Below are positions 24,671 through 37,616 of a stretch of DNA of 64,000 nt, one piece after another. The notes under the pieces are model-generated. The model did not search any database and had not been told where the DNA came from. It saw nothing but the letters and a program-made list of their open reading frames with translations. The DNA is from Phoronis australis (taxonomy: Eukaryota > Animalia > Phoronida), in the NCBI GenBank assembly GCA_002633005.1, contig NMRA01000050.1:1223395-1287394 (forward strand), read 5' to 3'. The translations under genes and the position numbers were made by a program. Within the stretch, counting starts at the first letter, position 1. Every line of letters begins with the position of its first letter.

Positions 24671-26064
24671 TGAACTGGACGACACTCGGTACTTGTGGTT
24701 AATGTCTGGGTCAACACGATGTGTGTACAACAAGTGCTCAACTGTAAATACTGCTATTGTTATCTTCACGAGATAACAACGACTGCGAGACTGTGTAAAC
24801 TTTTCAACGTTGTGCCAGACTATGCACCTCTGTGCCTCCCACTGCGCAGATGAACTATCATCTCACTGGTAGCTGTTTCCATGGAATCAGCCTCCATTGC
24901 TACTTGAAATTCTCCCATTTTTCTCTTGTGTCAGTCACAACAAACTACATACAGATAGCAAAATGGTAACACTAGCCAGCAATACCACTCCAAACAATGA
25001 AGTTACTGGGGCACTGACGGCGCATATAACGTCCACGGAAATCTGGTCACCAGTGGTTTTACCTTTGCCTGTAAATGCCAATGAATCTTTCACCTTGACA
25101 CTGTCCTCCACTTTCAGCGCCCTGCATCAAAACCACTTGAAGATTCCTCAAAAATAACGTTTGTTCAGATACACTCCACAACTAACTCACAGTAAGCATC
25201 TTCTTTGTTAACAGGACAATCACAAATAAACCAAAAATAAATTATATTTTTCATAGAACGCTGTACGATTTGGAAAGTCGCAAGAGGTGAGGGGGCAACC
25301 ACAATTTTTGAAGGAAAATGTTATGAAAATAATTTATCGGGGGTGTTTTGTTATTTTTAGCCGGCGTGGGAATAAGATTACTGAGCATTGTAAAACCAGT
25401 GAGATTTACTTATGGGCATAAGTAATGAAAATAAAGTTTTAAATTGGATACTTTTGCAATTAAAACATTTTATTTACCTATCCAGGTGTAAAAAAATAAT
25501 CCCCAGTTTCTGTCAGTTCCTTAAGATATTAGAAAGAGAATTTTATATTCAAAGAAGGATTTTATTAAATAATGGTAATTTGGATGAATACCATGCAACC
25601 TGGAGAAACTGGTTAACCATAACTTTTGCCTGACAACATCCTACTAAGAGTAAGTTGGGGGGGAGGGGGCGGGTGCGTGTGGCGTGTATGTTAAGGATGA
25701 GAATGGCTTGATTTTTTTCTTACATATCTGTATTTCTGTTCTGTATACCAAATTGTGATACTTGACGATAATTTGTTGCAACTAATGTACTTGTATACTG
25801 TATTGTTTATTGTGTCGTGTAAATTGTAAATACCCATGCTAGAGAAAATAAAAACACTTAAAAAAAAAAAAAAAACCAGTGAGATTTGAATTTCGACTCG
25901 CATAAGGTGTCCTGCCAAAACTACTGCTGTTTGTCTAGTAAGTATCCTCATTCCGTGACTACGAGTACTTTTTGGAAATAAAGCAGAGTACTCTCGGTGC
26001 CTATAAAATATGAAATTTAATAAATGATAAATTGATTCGCAGTTTGCGGGCCAATTTTCACTTT

Positions 26065-29000
26065 TAGTGTAGTAGCCAGGCCAATAGCTCCCAGAGTGAT
26101 CCCTGCAATGTTGATTACTGTAATTTTTTTGTTGAAATATATTAAATACATGTATGATCAGGAGAACAAAATTAGCTTGGTTGCACTTAGTGCAACTTAG
26201 AACATGTTTTTGCAATTCAAGATGGCGAATTCCGTCATTTTGAATTTCGACCCACTTTGGTTTTTCAACTTGATGACAAACAGGGTCATGTAATACATTG
26301 TTTATACCATTTTCCGTGATGGGGTGTCCATTTCTGGTGTTATTTTATTAATACGGGGTCACTTTCAAGGTTAAACCAGAGGTCAAAGGTCAAAACTGCC
26401 TAGCAGCCTTCTGACATTTTGTTTTTAATTTCAATATTTTTCATTTTCTTCGTTAATCTCCTCAAGACATATTGTCAAAATGCTCACTATTACAAACATT
26501 TTGCTCACAAGCTTCATGAGGGTTGTATTGGTACAATAGAGAAAGCATATGCATGGAAATGCTCATACGCTCAGCAGTTCAATGCTGGTGCGTCTAGTAT
26601 GGTCACTGCCCATTACTCAAAAAAACTACTCCGAAAAGAAAACGCTACTCCAAATATAAACGCATTTGTTTCAGTTTGTAACGCTAATACATGCGCGCAC
26701 CCAGTCTAAAATATGGGAGGCTAAAAGTTTTGGCAATGTGGACCTTTCACAAACAAAAAACATGGATCTAAAAAGCGGGATATCACTTTCAGGTATATGA
26801 ATTGCGCATTCGCACCTTTTTAATGGACTTTTGTCTCGTTTTCTCGGATATTTTGTTTTTTTTAGGCGGACCTTTATGCCCACTTCGCCAAATGGGGGGC
26901 TCATTCCTTGAGTGTACGCACGTAATACGATACGTTTACTCTCGATCAAGCGAACTTCAAAGGAGATAGGGTACAAGAGTTGTTAACTACAAAGACAGTA
27001 GTAATGGCAGAAATATGTCCTTGGACTTTATTGTCCAAATTTTGTGAGGGTATTTCGTTAGTAAGTAAAAAATTAATAAACCTTTCGTGAAATTTTGAGA
27101 AAATTTAGGAAGATCAAGTAAAAAATCGTAGTATGGTGTTTTTTCGGAGTAGTGGACCTACGGAGTAGCTGTTTTTTTTCGGAGTGGTGGTAAGGACCAT
27201 TGGAGTATTAACCTGTTACACTCCAGTAGTCAACAGAAAGGCTAGAACCGATACTGTGTAGGTATACAATCTCATCACAGCCATATGCTGTTACTCAATG
27301 TCTACTCAGTCTTATGAAGAGCTGATGGTTTACCTAAAGATGGTCCTTAAACAACACTGTCTCAAGGAGATGTTGACATATTTCTTCGTAGCAAGTCACC
27401 ATAATTGTGTACGGTACCTGCGCTGGTGTAGCATTTTTCAAAATAAACCAAACAAAATGGAACTTGTTTTCGACTAGAATACGATAGCGCCTCCATGTAC
27501 GTTGTCTTAATTTTCACAATTTGCACGTAACTCCATCCATTAACAATATTAAACGGCTAGGCGCAATAACGTCAACCTGAACTACGACAAATTTCGACAA
27601 ACGTGTGATAAGTGTTCAACTAAGGTGCCAAAAATTTCTGGCAAGAAGTTTATACTAACTTAAGCAGCTTGACAGAGTTCTTTCGAACTTTATAATAAAG
27701 TTTGCTGTGTGTGGAGCACCTGTCCAATAATGTCAAAAAATTCTATTTGAAGCTGCGCACAGCTGTCAACACTTGGGTGACAAGACTGTAGTACCAGCTG
27801 ACCAATCCGAAGAACAGGCATACTGCATATCAAACGAGTAAAAGGTTTTGGGATTATAAGTGGCATTTTAATGAGAGTCGAGCAATAAAGCGGTCATGTG
27901 GTTAAAGAGTTTCAGTGGGTGTGCCCGCCTTGATACTGCCACGGAGAACATAAGTCATGTGGAATGAAGGTGGTGAAGAGCAAACGTCACATAGTGGAGT
28001 GACAGGAAAAAGACTAAGAACAAGAAGGGAGTAGTGGACATGGACCAGGATGAATAGAGAAAGATTGCAGAGGAGACAGAGAAGCACAGACATCCGCTCA
28101 TTGACCATCATATGTCCATAACATCTGCAATCACCGAGTAGATTCCAGAACGAGCTGGTCATTGGGCATGAGCAGAGCAGTCAGCTTTTTAGTTTTGGTA
28201 AGCAGTGAATGTTACAAAGCACTAAGAGAAATTCAAGATGCTGGAGTTGCTGAAGAAGCCTGCACTGTCGAGGGAAGGTCATGGCGTTGAGGTGCTGTTC
28301 AGTTGCCTAGTGTTATTCGTAAGACAACAATGTAACATTAACATAGCTGATATCTTTCAGTATGAACTTATTGTGTCCGCTCGGCAAATACGGCAGTCTG
28401 AGAGAGGGTGGCAATGCCATTTTGGTCAAATCTCTTCGCGTCATGTCCCAAATCATTCTGCTACGGAGGTGGTGTTGGTTGCTGTTGTCCAGCTTTCGGA
28501 AGCAGGTCGTTTGGAGTGTTTCCGGAAATACAGGATATTTAGGTAAAACCTCGGCACTCTGCTAGCCCCCTATCCTCCCGCTTGTGAAACAATTATTCGT
28601 TTTGAAAAATATGACCACAAAGATCCTTACACAAAGGATCATGAGACGATAACATGAGGAAAAGTTGAGGAAGTCATGCTAACCCCTGTTCCCAAACACC
28701 CCTCTTTTGTCGCTAAACTATTCTAAATAACGCTATGTTAAACATCTTGTGTGTATGAAGCTACTCGCGGATCAAGAAGAGCCACTGTAATTACACGTGC
28801 TGAAGCAGACGTTGTATTGGTAAAGGTTGAAAGTGGTGGAAGAAGGCACCGACACCATCAGGATCACTTGTGACAACACTGACGTCTCCGAGCTCTTGAT
28901 TTATGGGATGTCTAATGTGCCAGTAGAAGCCAAAACTCAAATGGAGAAGTGGAATGGCAGTATTTCGGACACAATGTAACAATTCAGAGATTTGACCTGA

Positions 29001-30041
29001 ACATGAAAAATGCCGCCAACATGAGAGGTCACAAGACGTGAGGGTACTGGACAAAGACTAGTTCTTGGTTTGAACGAGCTGTCAGAGACACCAATAACTT
29101 CTCTCTAAGTAGACACGGAGGTGTCAAGTTGAACTTATCGCAGTCAGTGACTTGTGGTCCATTTTCTTGAAGCTGTTCTCTATGAACACCGACGCATGGG
29201 GGATTTTTTCGAGAAGCAGTGAGTCATCAATCCCCAGTAGAAGTCAGGCGGCTCCGCAAAGTCAGGAAATTTAGTAAGTTCCAGAAGTCATAGTTTATGA
29301 GTTTTCCCTGGATTAATAATAGTGCCCATCCTAGTCTACTTATCTGTAACCTGCACAGATTACACGTAATCTATGCACATACCCCTATTCACTATGAGGA
29401 GGCAGAGTAATTTAGTGTTCTTTTTGTAATCAAGGTTGTGTTTCCGAGTCACACGAGGCACACTGCTAGTCGCTTGAGTCAAGTCCATTGCTCCTCAGGT
29501 CTGTTTCAACTAATAAAGCATAAACATGATCCAAGGTGATCAGTGAGATGGGCCTTCCTGAGCGGCATGCGTAGGTCTGGTACAACAATATTTTAAACTA
29601 GTTATTGAGATCTTGGGAGGACATCTTATTCCAGTATTTAGCTATCCCTTATTCTTGATATAATGGAATCACAGAAATGACAATTCCGCATAATTTCCAT
29701 AAATTTAACTTTTCGTTTCCTTGTTTCAGTTCAACGCGACCTTTGACCTCTCATTTGACCTTGACTTTGCATCCGTCAAATAATATCAGAAATGGACTCT
29801 TCGTCCCAAAAAGCATTGGAAACCATAAATTACAGGATCCTACACGGTATCATGTTCAGAGTGTAGAAATTATGCGAAATTCAAGATGGCAGAAGCCGTC
29901 ATCTTGAATTATAAAAAATGCTCAAAGTTGCACAAAGTGCAACTAAGTTAATTTTGTTCTCCTAACCACATATAATAACTTTCCAAAAAAAACTTTACAG
30001 TAAACAACATTGCAGAGTCAACTTTTTTGGCAACTAGACTA
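26065..30041 (+). mobile_element. Academ-like DNA transposon relic with long (about 320 bp) TIRs
   Basis: Left end tagtgtagtagcc (26065) versus right end ggcaactagacta (30041); 26065-26390 aligns to the reverse complement of 29738-30041; internal decayed coding blocks (ADIFQYEL, IIRFEKYD...TKDHE, KVVEEGTD) at 28240-28900 resemble Academ/XPG-type transposase. Confidence 0.65.
26690..26922. mobile_element. MITE, CAYG-ended family with 5-bp TSD (copy 3, nested in the Academ-like relic)
   Basis: catgcgcgcaccc ... gtgtacgcacg; TSD taata on both sides. Confidence 0.78.
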
Positions 30042-31160
30042 TTTTTGTTGACGTTTGTCGGTGTAACTCATTGTGGTGAAATGGCTTAACCATCAGTCAC
30101 TTTCGACTTCAAATGACATGAAATCCGTTAGTGCCAGAGGATTCTTGGACTTATTTTGTAGATCTAAGGTAGCTCAACACATTGGTTGCTTCTACTTTTC
30201 TAAAACCTGTGCCAGCTGAGATAACAATTTAATCAATTTTGACAGTTTCAAAAATCACTACAAGTACTCATGTCATGCGACTCTAAAAATAGACAAAAAT
30301 TATCGAAATCTTTTAAATTTGCATGAATAAAGTAGTCGAAGGTCACACCTGATCAATAACACAGGTTCAATATTTCAACTTTACTTTCACCGCGTAATGT
30401 AACTTGATGGAAACAAATAGTATCCATCGAAACCAAAACGAGGCGTTTTGAAAAAAATAAAGGTGGTCTGGAGTCAGTGGGGCCAGGGTCATCACACAGA
30501 GAAAATATAAAGAGAATCTGTGACAAAGCATTTATCACCCTCTGCCTGATCCATTCGCGAACATGCTCTTAAAATGTTTGCAACATATTTCCCACATCAT
30601 ACTGAGATTGGCATATTCATATACAATACCATTATTATTTCACAAAACAGATATATTTGAATAAAGTACTATAGACAACAGCAAAGAACAACACGTCAGA
30701 GAAACACTGCATAAGAAAACGACTTCAACTAATGACGTCACTTCAGATGCTGGAAATACGCTTGCTGGAATTGCAGCTTTGGAAAACTAGGATGTGATAC
30801 AGAATAATGACGTCACTTTAGATGGTAGGAATACGTTTGCTGGCATTGCTGCTTTCCACGACCACTAATACAGAATATTTTGTGTTAAGAAGGTCTCAAG
30901 CTATTCCTACAAAGTAATAAACACAAGCACTCAACGACAAAGGCGCATAGATACACCTCAGGTTTTCAAAAATTGCCCCCAAACTTTTAAGTTAAAAACA
31001 GGCCATTGTACTAACATTATTAAATGAAGACCAGTGGTCAATACTGAATCATCAATACCTCGAAATCATTCACGCAAATTACCAAACCAATACAGAGATT
31101 TAGCCAAAAATCGACAATTTTTCGAGCACATGTCAAACGAATCGCACAATATTCCATATT

Positions 31161-31376
31161 CACGGGCGCACTCAGCCCAAAAATGGGAGCTCTAATTATT
31201 GAGAATGTCTACCTTTCATTAAGATTCACGGGTTACGTTCAGAGCTATGAATTTTAGTAGACCTTTGTCTCCTTATCTACATGTTTTCGGAGCTTTTGTT
31301 TCTCCAAGGCGGACCTTTTTGGCCACTTTGCCAAATAGAGGGGCTCATTCGAGCCTCCCCCCTGGGTGCACGCATG
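31161..31376. mobile_element. MITE, CAYG-ended family with 5-bp TSD (copy 4)
   Basis: cacgggcgcactc ... gggtgcacgcatg; flanks atatt / acatt (4/5). Confidence 0.7.
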
Positions 31377-33540
31377 ACATTCAACGTTCTCAACTTCTTA
31401 ATTACCCTCACCATTTTCCGGGCTTGGGACCGGCACTAATGCGAGACGTACGTAGGATGTATTCGGTTAGAAATTATCTTGCGAGTTTGACAAGCTCCCT
31501 GCTAGGCACGAGGTCTCGTTGACGTTTGCCAAGTAATTTTGCGACCATGAAAGCAAACTCAAATAGAATGGCTGCCATTCATGTTGATGGTATAACAATG
31601 TCTGAATATTGAATTGTGAGAGATGGGGGACACAAACGTGCTATTTCTGCTGCATAAGCCCAGACGGTTCCCTGCGTGCCGCTAGGTGGTAGCGAGCACG
31701 TGTTATCTACACGCAGGGAATCAGCGAGTAACTAAACGCGCCCAGCAAAAGTTGGCGTTGGCGCCTGGGTTTTAAAAATAACAAAAAAGTTGAACACAAA
31801 GCGTACTGCAAAAACATCAACGGGTTCATCACGCATAGGCAATGCCAAGCCAAACGGCATTTCAGTGGTATCCGAATCGGAATTTCCAAAATTCATTCTT
31901 GGCAGAGAGCCGCTTCCTCGCACTTGTCTACAAGCACGACTAAACTCCAGGAAATTTCCAGCCGAGTCTTTCAGATGTGTCAGAAACGGTGCCCAGGAAC
32001 GACATGTACATTTCACATACGGAAAGTTATGTAAATTTACGCTAAGCACTAGACAAGTTCAGGAGCATTACCCGGTAAAGCAGAGAAGCATCCATCACAG
32101 CCGAAGGCAATTTTTTGTAGAACAGCATATTCACGCACTGCAATCTGCGGGTATTTTTTCTAACACAGGAAACGCTTCACTACTAAAACGTTAGGAAAAC
32201 CATATTTGATGTACTAAACAAATTCTGTTGCCACGAAAGTTTCCCAAAGATGTTAACATGTAATCCAAATCCAGACAAATAATCACCAATACCTTAATGA
32301 ATTGCACGTCTCAACTTTTGGTAACACTATCAAACCAGGGAGCATTTTTGAAGTGAGTATATACACAAAACATACGAGAGTGGCGTACGTGGAGTAATAT
32401 CCCACGAGACATTAATCTGACCGAGACAAAAGGTCGATACGCGGAATAATGTCGAGTGGGATATTGCCGCATAGGCCAATCGTGGTACGTTTTGTATTTA
32501 TCCAATATGCTTCTAATTCCTAAGTTTATTTCATTTTTCCTCAGATTTTCTAAATACTTCTCTCAGGCTGTTCGGCTGTTCAGGTGGCGGATCACATCCT
32601 AAATTTGAAACTATGTACTTTCATCTTTAGATTGCAAGTTTCTCCAGTAAAGAAACAGTTTTAAATGTAAGGATGTATTATTTGAAGAGAGATAATAAGA
32701 GAAAAAAACGGTAACTTTTCACTGAACTTGTAACATCTCCTGAAAATCGTTAAATAATAACAATATTTGATTGTGGTTAACGAGGAATTGGCGCCTCTGA
32801 GTTGCAGACGATATAATATTTAGCAATTGAAAACTGAGGCACAACTGTCATATAATGAACAGTCCTGTTCCAGATGTTACGATTGGGACCTGGTTGCATG
32901 TTGAGCGTTACTCACACTGTTGCAATTGCATTACTTTAAACTATTTTCTGAACGTTTGATGATGGAACAAGCAATCAGAGAGTAAACATTGATCTACCTT
33001 TTGAACTTTCCATGTCAGAGGTCACTGTTGAGGTGAATACCGAAAATTTTTTACATGGCCGTATTTCCCTCGACAGATTCAAGGCCTGGGGGATAAAATG
33101 TCATACATAACTCTACCACAAATATGGGTGAATAACAGCGGCAGATATACACGTATATAAACTTGCATATGTTGAGGGGAGTACACAGGAAAATGCGGTT
33201 TGGCTGTGTACCAGGTGGTTCGTAGACAAGAACACAAGAGATGAATCTTGAATAATATATTGGAGACTGTCAACGAATGACGAGAACAACTTTCAATGCG
33301 GGAAAACAACTCATACTACCGGAGCTACCGATAATACAGATACTCCTTAAAATATAAGTGAAAGTGATATAAATAGATACCATAGAAACACGAATTAACC
33401 AATCAAATAAATGAACAAATAAAGGATGCACTATACTCATCCTCATTTGGAAGAAAGTGATAGTAAACAACAGTAAGTGATGTAATACGATGACTAAACT
33501 AAATGAAGCAAAAACACAATAACATATTCTTGGACATATG

Positions 33541-33712
33541 TATATATACTTGCATACGTATATATACTTGCATACGTATATATACTTGCATACGTATATA
33601 TACTTGCATACGTATATATACTTGCATACGTATATATACTTGCATACGTATATATACTTGCATACGTATATATACTTGCATACGTATATATACTTGCATA
33701 TGTATATATACT
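33541..33712. repeat. 18-bp minisatellite (tatatatacttgcatacg) x about 9.5
   Basis: Directly visible; it explains the repetitive ORFs at 33270-33846. Confidence 0.95.
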
Positions 33713-34365
33713 TCCACCATAGATACCAGAAAGCAACACTACACACCTACAACACAAATACATGTACATGTACTATTACCATAAATACCAACCCAGGGCC
33801 CTCATTCACCCGAGGGGAATGTTGCTTGTGCCTTTTAAGAGGATAATGAACTACATGTATACCATTCTTAGTTAATAATAGCATCAGGGATAATATCTAT
33901 AGACACATATCCAAGATACTCAGGAGAAAACACTAGTGACAACCATAGGTTGATCCTGTCCATATTTCTCAAAGCTGCGATGATATTCCTCTGGCGACAA
34001 GTGAAGGCACCTGGTCAGGTGCAAAGCCCCAGGCATCTTGGGTTGTCATGATCAAACATGGTGGAACTGGTCAGACGAAGAACATGTCATGCGTCACCTG
34101 GTTTTGGGAAATGCACAAATTAACGAAACCATACAACAGAGTATGTTTGCAAGAAGATTATGTGAGTAAATGGAAATTTTCTAATTTGACATTGATTTGA
34201 GTCAGCGATAATCAATTCAAGTGATGACGGAGATAGAATTACATAATTGTGTGGCTGCATGTTGCAAGCACCTCTGTTTATGAGGGTGGATAAAAATGCA
34301 TAGCAAAGTCACGTGCTTTCCGGTTATAGTGACAATCTGGCCGAAGTTAGTGACACCGAAACCAG

Positions 34366-34688
34366 CCTCCCGTTCAGTAACGCTAGGACCCAGCTAAAAA
34401 GCAAGACTTCGCGAGATTACGCGAGATATTGCAGTGTATTTTAAATACGAGCACGTGACCTTGACTAGCTTTTGGCTAGACCCTAGTGTAGGTCCTAGCG
34501 TTTATTGAACACACGCCAGGCGTGCCGCACGCCAGGCGTGCGTTCAGTAGACGCTAGGACCTACGATAGGACCTAGCTAAAACCTAGTCAAAGTCACGTG
34601 CTCTCATTTAAACTGCGTGGCAATATCTCACGTAATCTCGCGAAGTCTTGCTTTTTAGGAAGGTCCTAGCGTTACTGAACAGGAGGCA
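34366..34688. mobile_element. Foldback MITE built from two inverted units of the 16651-family repeat
   Basis: gcctcccgttcagtaacgctaggacc ... ggtcctagcgttactgaacaggaggc; central duplicated cacgccaggcgtg. Confidence 0.75.
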
Positions 34689-34899
34689 GGATTGAGTTCT
34701 GTAGATGAAACAATGTTGTTAAATAGGCTTCAGTGTGATCGTGTGCTAGTTGCTCGCAATATGGAATCTCACAATAAAGCCTTGCATGATCTTGTATTTT
34801 CCTTTGTCTGCAGAAAGCACGCCTGCACAAGGGCGAGTAGACAGCTGGCCGAGAACAACAAAAGTTTGTGGATTCGTCAGAAGTTGAAATTCACATTAC

Positions 34900-37616
34900 C
34901 CAGAAGTCTTCCTATTTCATTCGCCAATTTCTCCACCTTCACCGCCAGCAAATTCAATCTGCGTAGCCCCAGTAGCCTGATTAATTCACTGTAATTGCCC
35001 ACTTCGATGACTGCTTGTGTCTCCAGCTGAACGAGGAGTTGGCGAGTTTTTGTAATTTTTTCCAGTTTTGCGGGTCTGTAAAAAATTACACCTTAGAAAA
35101 AGAACATTGACTTCCAAAAAGCAGTCACTGGTCGGACATAAGCAGCAAGACATACTGGTCACAAAACAAATGAGACCGAGGCTACAAACAATTGGAAACA
35201 TTTTTTCAATGACACTTACGATAAACCTCCTCAACATTTTTCAGACTGAACGCAACACATGTGCCAATGTGACTGTCACAAGAAATAAAATACTTGATAG
35301 GCATAAGCAGGGTCTTCTTTAGTCTAGTAAGTGCGTTTTTCATTGGTCAGTCATGCACAAATTAATTTCAATTGACCAATCACAAAATGAAAACCTGTAT
35401 GCAAATTACATTATAATATTGCACTCCACATACACCCTCAAACTAGTAGATCTTGCGCTTTCTAGAACTTAAGTTCTTCAATTTTAGACATTAATAGTGG
35501 TTTTAAGTCCCTAAAGCGGGTAAATTTGTAATAGGTGACAGTGCCTGACATTACGAATCTGAACTGACAAAAGTAATTAACTTCTCCTTTATTAAGTTGC
35601 CTGGGAAACCTGTAATTCCTAAAACTTTTCACTGAGATCATGGGAAAATGAAATTTCACAGTTCTGTGAATGTAGCAAACTATTGCACTGACACCGTGTA
35701 GCCATGACAACAATCTCAAGATACCTGTTTGCTTCTAATGAATTATTTACTTGTTTGACCTAGAGTTTTCCGAATCAAACAAAGATTATAGTTAGTCATT
35801 CACAATTCACCAAAACGCAAATGCGAACAAAAGATACTTATTCAAAAAACAAAATGTGTTCTTACTCTATCCAACGCCCACAGTCTGCCCTAAGTTGCTC
35901 AAAAGTCGCATCTATGAGATTTTCTTCAACCGTTTGCAATAACTGGTAGTGAAGTTCACATGCTGCAGCCTTTTTGGTTTCTAATGACAAGATATAAAGT
36001 TCATAAGGGCAGGCATTAAAATATGTCATACATATTCCAATAACAAGGGCCTCTTCGAAATTACCCCAAGTTGATCTTCACATTCTTACTCGTCAGGGAT
36101 ATTCCCGGACTGCGCCTTTGCGCCATTAGTGCATAACAAATAAAATAGCGCATTAAAGAACATTGCAGAAGTGCGCCCCCCCCCCCTCCCCAGGCACTAT
36201 AGCAAAATTGCACTTTATGGACTCTTTAGCAAAAATGCAAGATTCTAGTTCGATTGCACGTGGGGGTTTTGTTTCGCGTGTTACTACTACAATTACACTA
36301 AATCTGCTGGGCACAACTTTTTGAAAAGATGCAAACTTTTTATCACCAGGCTCGCCCAATGACCACAAGTTCAAACCTGTTCAGGAATATCCCTGCTTGC
36401 CACTAGTAATTTACTGCAAAGACACAAAACAATTAACTGATTATGTAGGACCTTACTAAGAAATGTGTACATTGAGCTGAACATCTAAAAGGGCATAGTA
36501 ATTAATCTCCATGATAGCAAGTAGCAGCGTAAATTCAAGAAAACAACAATGGTTTTAGGACTTGACATGTTTCGGTATCATTTATTCAACACCATCCTCA
36601 GAAGTGATAATACAGTGGCCACCTAGCTAGGCCCAGCAACAAGTAATGAAGCACAGTTCATTGTCACTCCCTGTAACTGACTGTTCTGTGCTTCATTACT
36701 TGTTGCTGGGCCTAGCTAGGTGGCCACTGCATTATCACTTCTGAGGATGGTGTTGAATAAATGACACCGAAACATGTCAAGTTTTAAAACCGTTGTTTTC
36801 TTGAACACAGTAATTAAATGTACATTCAAAGATGATCTCTATGAGCACACCAACAGACAGAATTCAATATTTGAAAACAGTTAACCCACCAATTATGTAT
36901 CAGAACAATTACTTATGTGAAATTAAACTTGGATTATTAAAAACAGAGAAGCATGAATCTATACCTGTAAAGTTCGCTGACGAAGTAACAGGATACCAAC
37001 ACGTGCCTTCTGATGTATATTTCTGAACCTGTGGCAAAGTATTTTAAACATTTATTTCATTCTTAACTTTCCATTTTGTACTATGAGTACTAAATTCTGA
37101 ATAATTTTGAATATGACTCTGTGTATAAAACGAGCAACTTGGGTAGAGTAACATCAGATTTGTTGCAGTGCCAACATTTTTCCACATGAAAATTAGATCA
37201 TGATTTTTTCACTGCGACCTTGAGGTCAAGGTCCGCAAAATCAACAGGAGTGTCATGTTGCCCCAACTACAACTTACAAACCATGAACAACGTTCTAAAT
37301 TTATAAGCTCCCATCTTTAGGAATAGTGCACCAACAACATTTTTCAAGTATTCTTTTGGTGCTGTGACCTTGAAAATGTAAAGGTAGACGGCCATAAACA
37401 CTTTGCTTTATGATAACGCATGATAATCGACAATAAAATTTCATTGATTAGACAACATGAGAATGGAATATATTTAGTGCTTGAACGATTACCTTTACTT
37501 TTGAAACCAATTGCCATTCATAAAATAAAATCTCACCTTTGCACATGGCCTTCGGCTATCAAAGGCCCCATCACCAGCATGAACTACGTGTGCACCACTC
37601 GATACAGAAAATGGAC
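34900..37616 (-). CDS. Exons encoding a linker plus a divergent death-effector domain (DED); partial gene or 3' part of the TRAF gene
   Basis: Exons 37616-37537 (phase 1-0), 37028-36965 (0-1), 35980-35866 (1-2), 35075-34900 (2-1); all AG/GT and open. The last two give ELHYQLLQTVEENLIDATFEQLRADCGRWIEPAKLEKITKTRQLLVQLETQAVIEVGNYSELIRLLGLRRLNLLAVKV, matching the DED helix pattern. Confidence 0.7.
36094..36395. mobile_element. Small MITE
   Basis: TIR cagggatattcc / ggaatatccctg. Confidence 0.55.
36560..36605 (-). ncRNA. Minimal type I hammerhead ribozyme (inverted copy)
   Basis: Reverse complement actt-CTGAGGA-t-ggtgtt(gaataaat)gatacc-GAAA-catg-TC-aagt; the single difference turns a G-C into a G-U pair in stem II. 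Confidence 0.8.
36737..36782 (+). ncRNA. Minimal type I hammerhead ribozyme
   Basis: actt-CTGAGGA-t-ggtgtt(gaataaat)gacacc-GAAA-catg-TC-aagt: core CUGANGA/GAAA/GUC, stem I actt/aagt, 6-bp stem II, palindromic stem-loop III. Confidence 0.8.

Larger units (their letters stand above)
36534..36805. mobile_element. Inverted-repeat remnant, probably from the terminal repeats of a Penelope-like element
   Basis: About 120-bp near-perfect inverted arms (36534-36656, 36686-36805), each containing a minimal hammerhead motif. Confidence 0.75.

Noticed and set aside
24671-24769. 33-aa N-terminal extension of AKR in the ORF track
   Set aside because: Starts at GTG; in a eukaryote the first ATG (24670) matches the AKR N-terminus.
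31805-32320. In-frame TGAs as selenocysteine codons
   Set aside because: No redox motif context or recognisable SECIS; decay is the simpler explanation.
33270-33846. Six-frame ORFs with repeated peptides (CKYIYV, HTYIYL, etc.) or a CRISPR-like array
   Set aside because: An 18-bp minisatellite lacking stops; identical units with no spacers.
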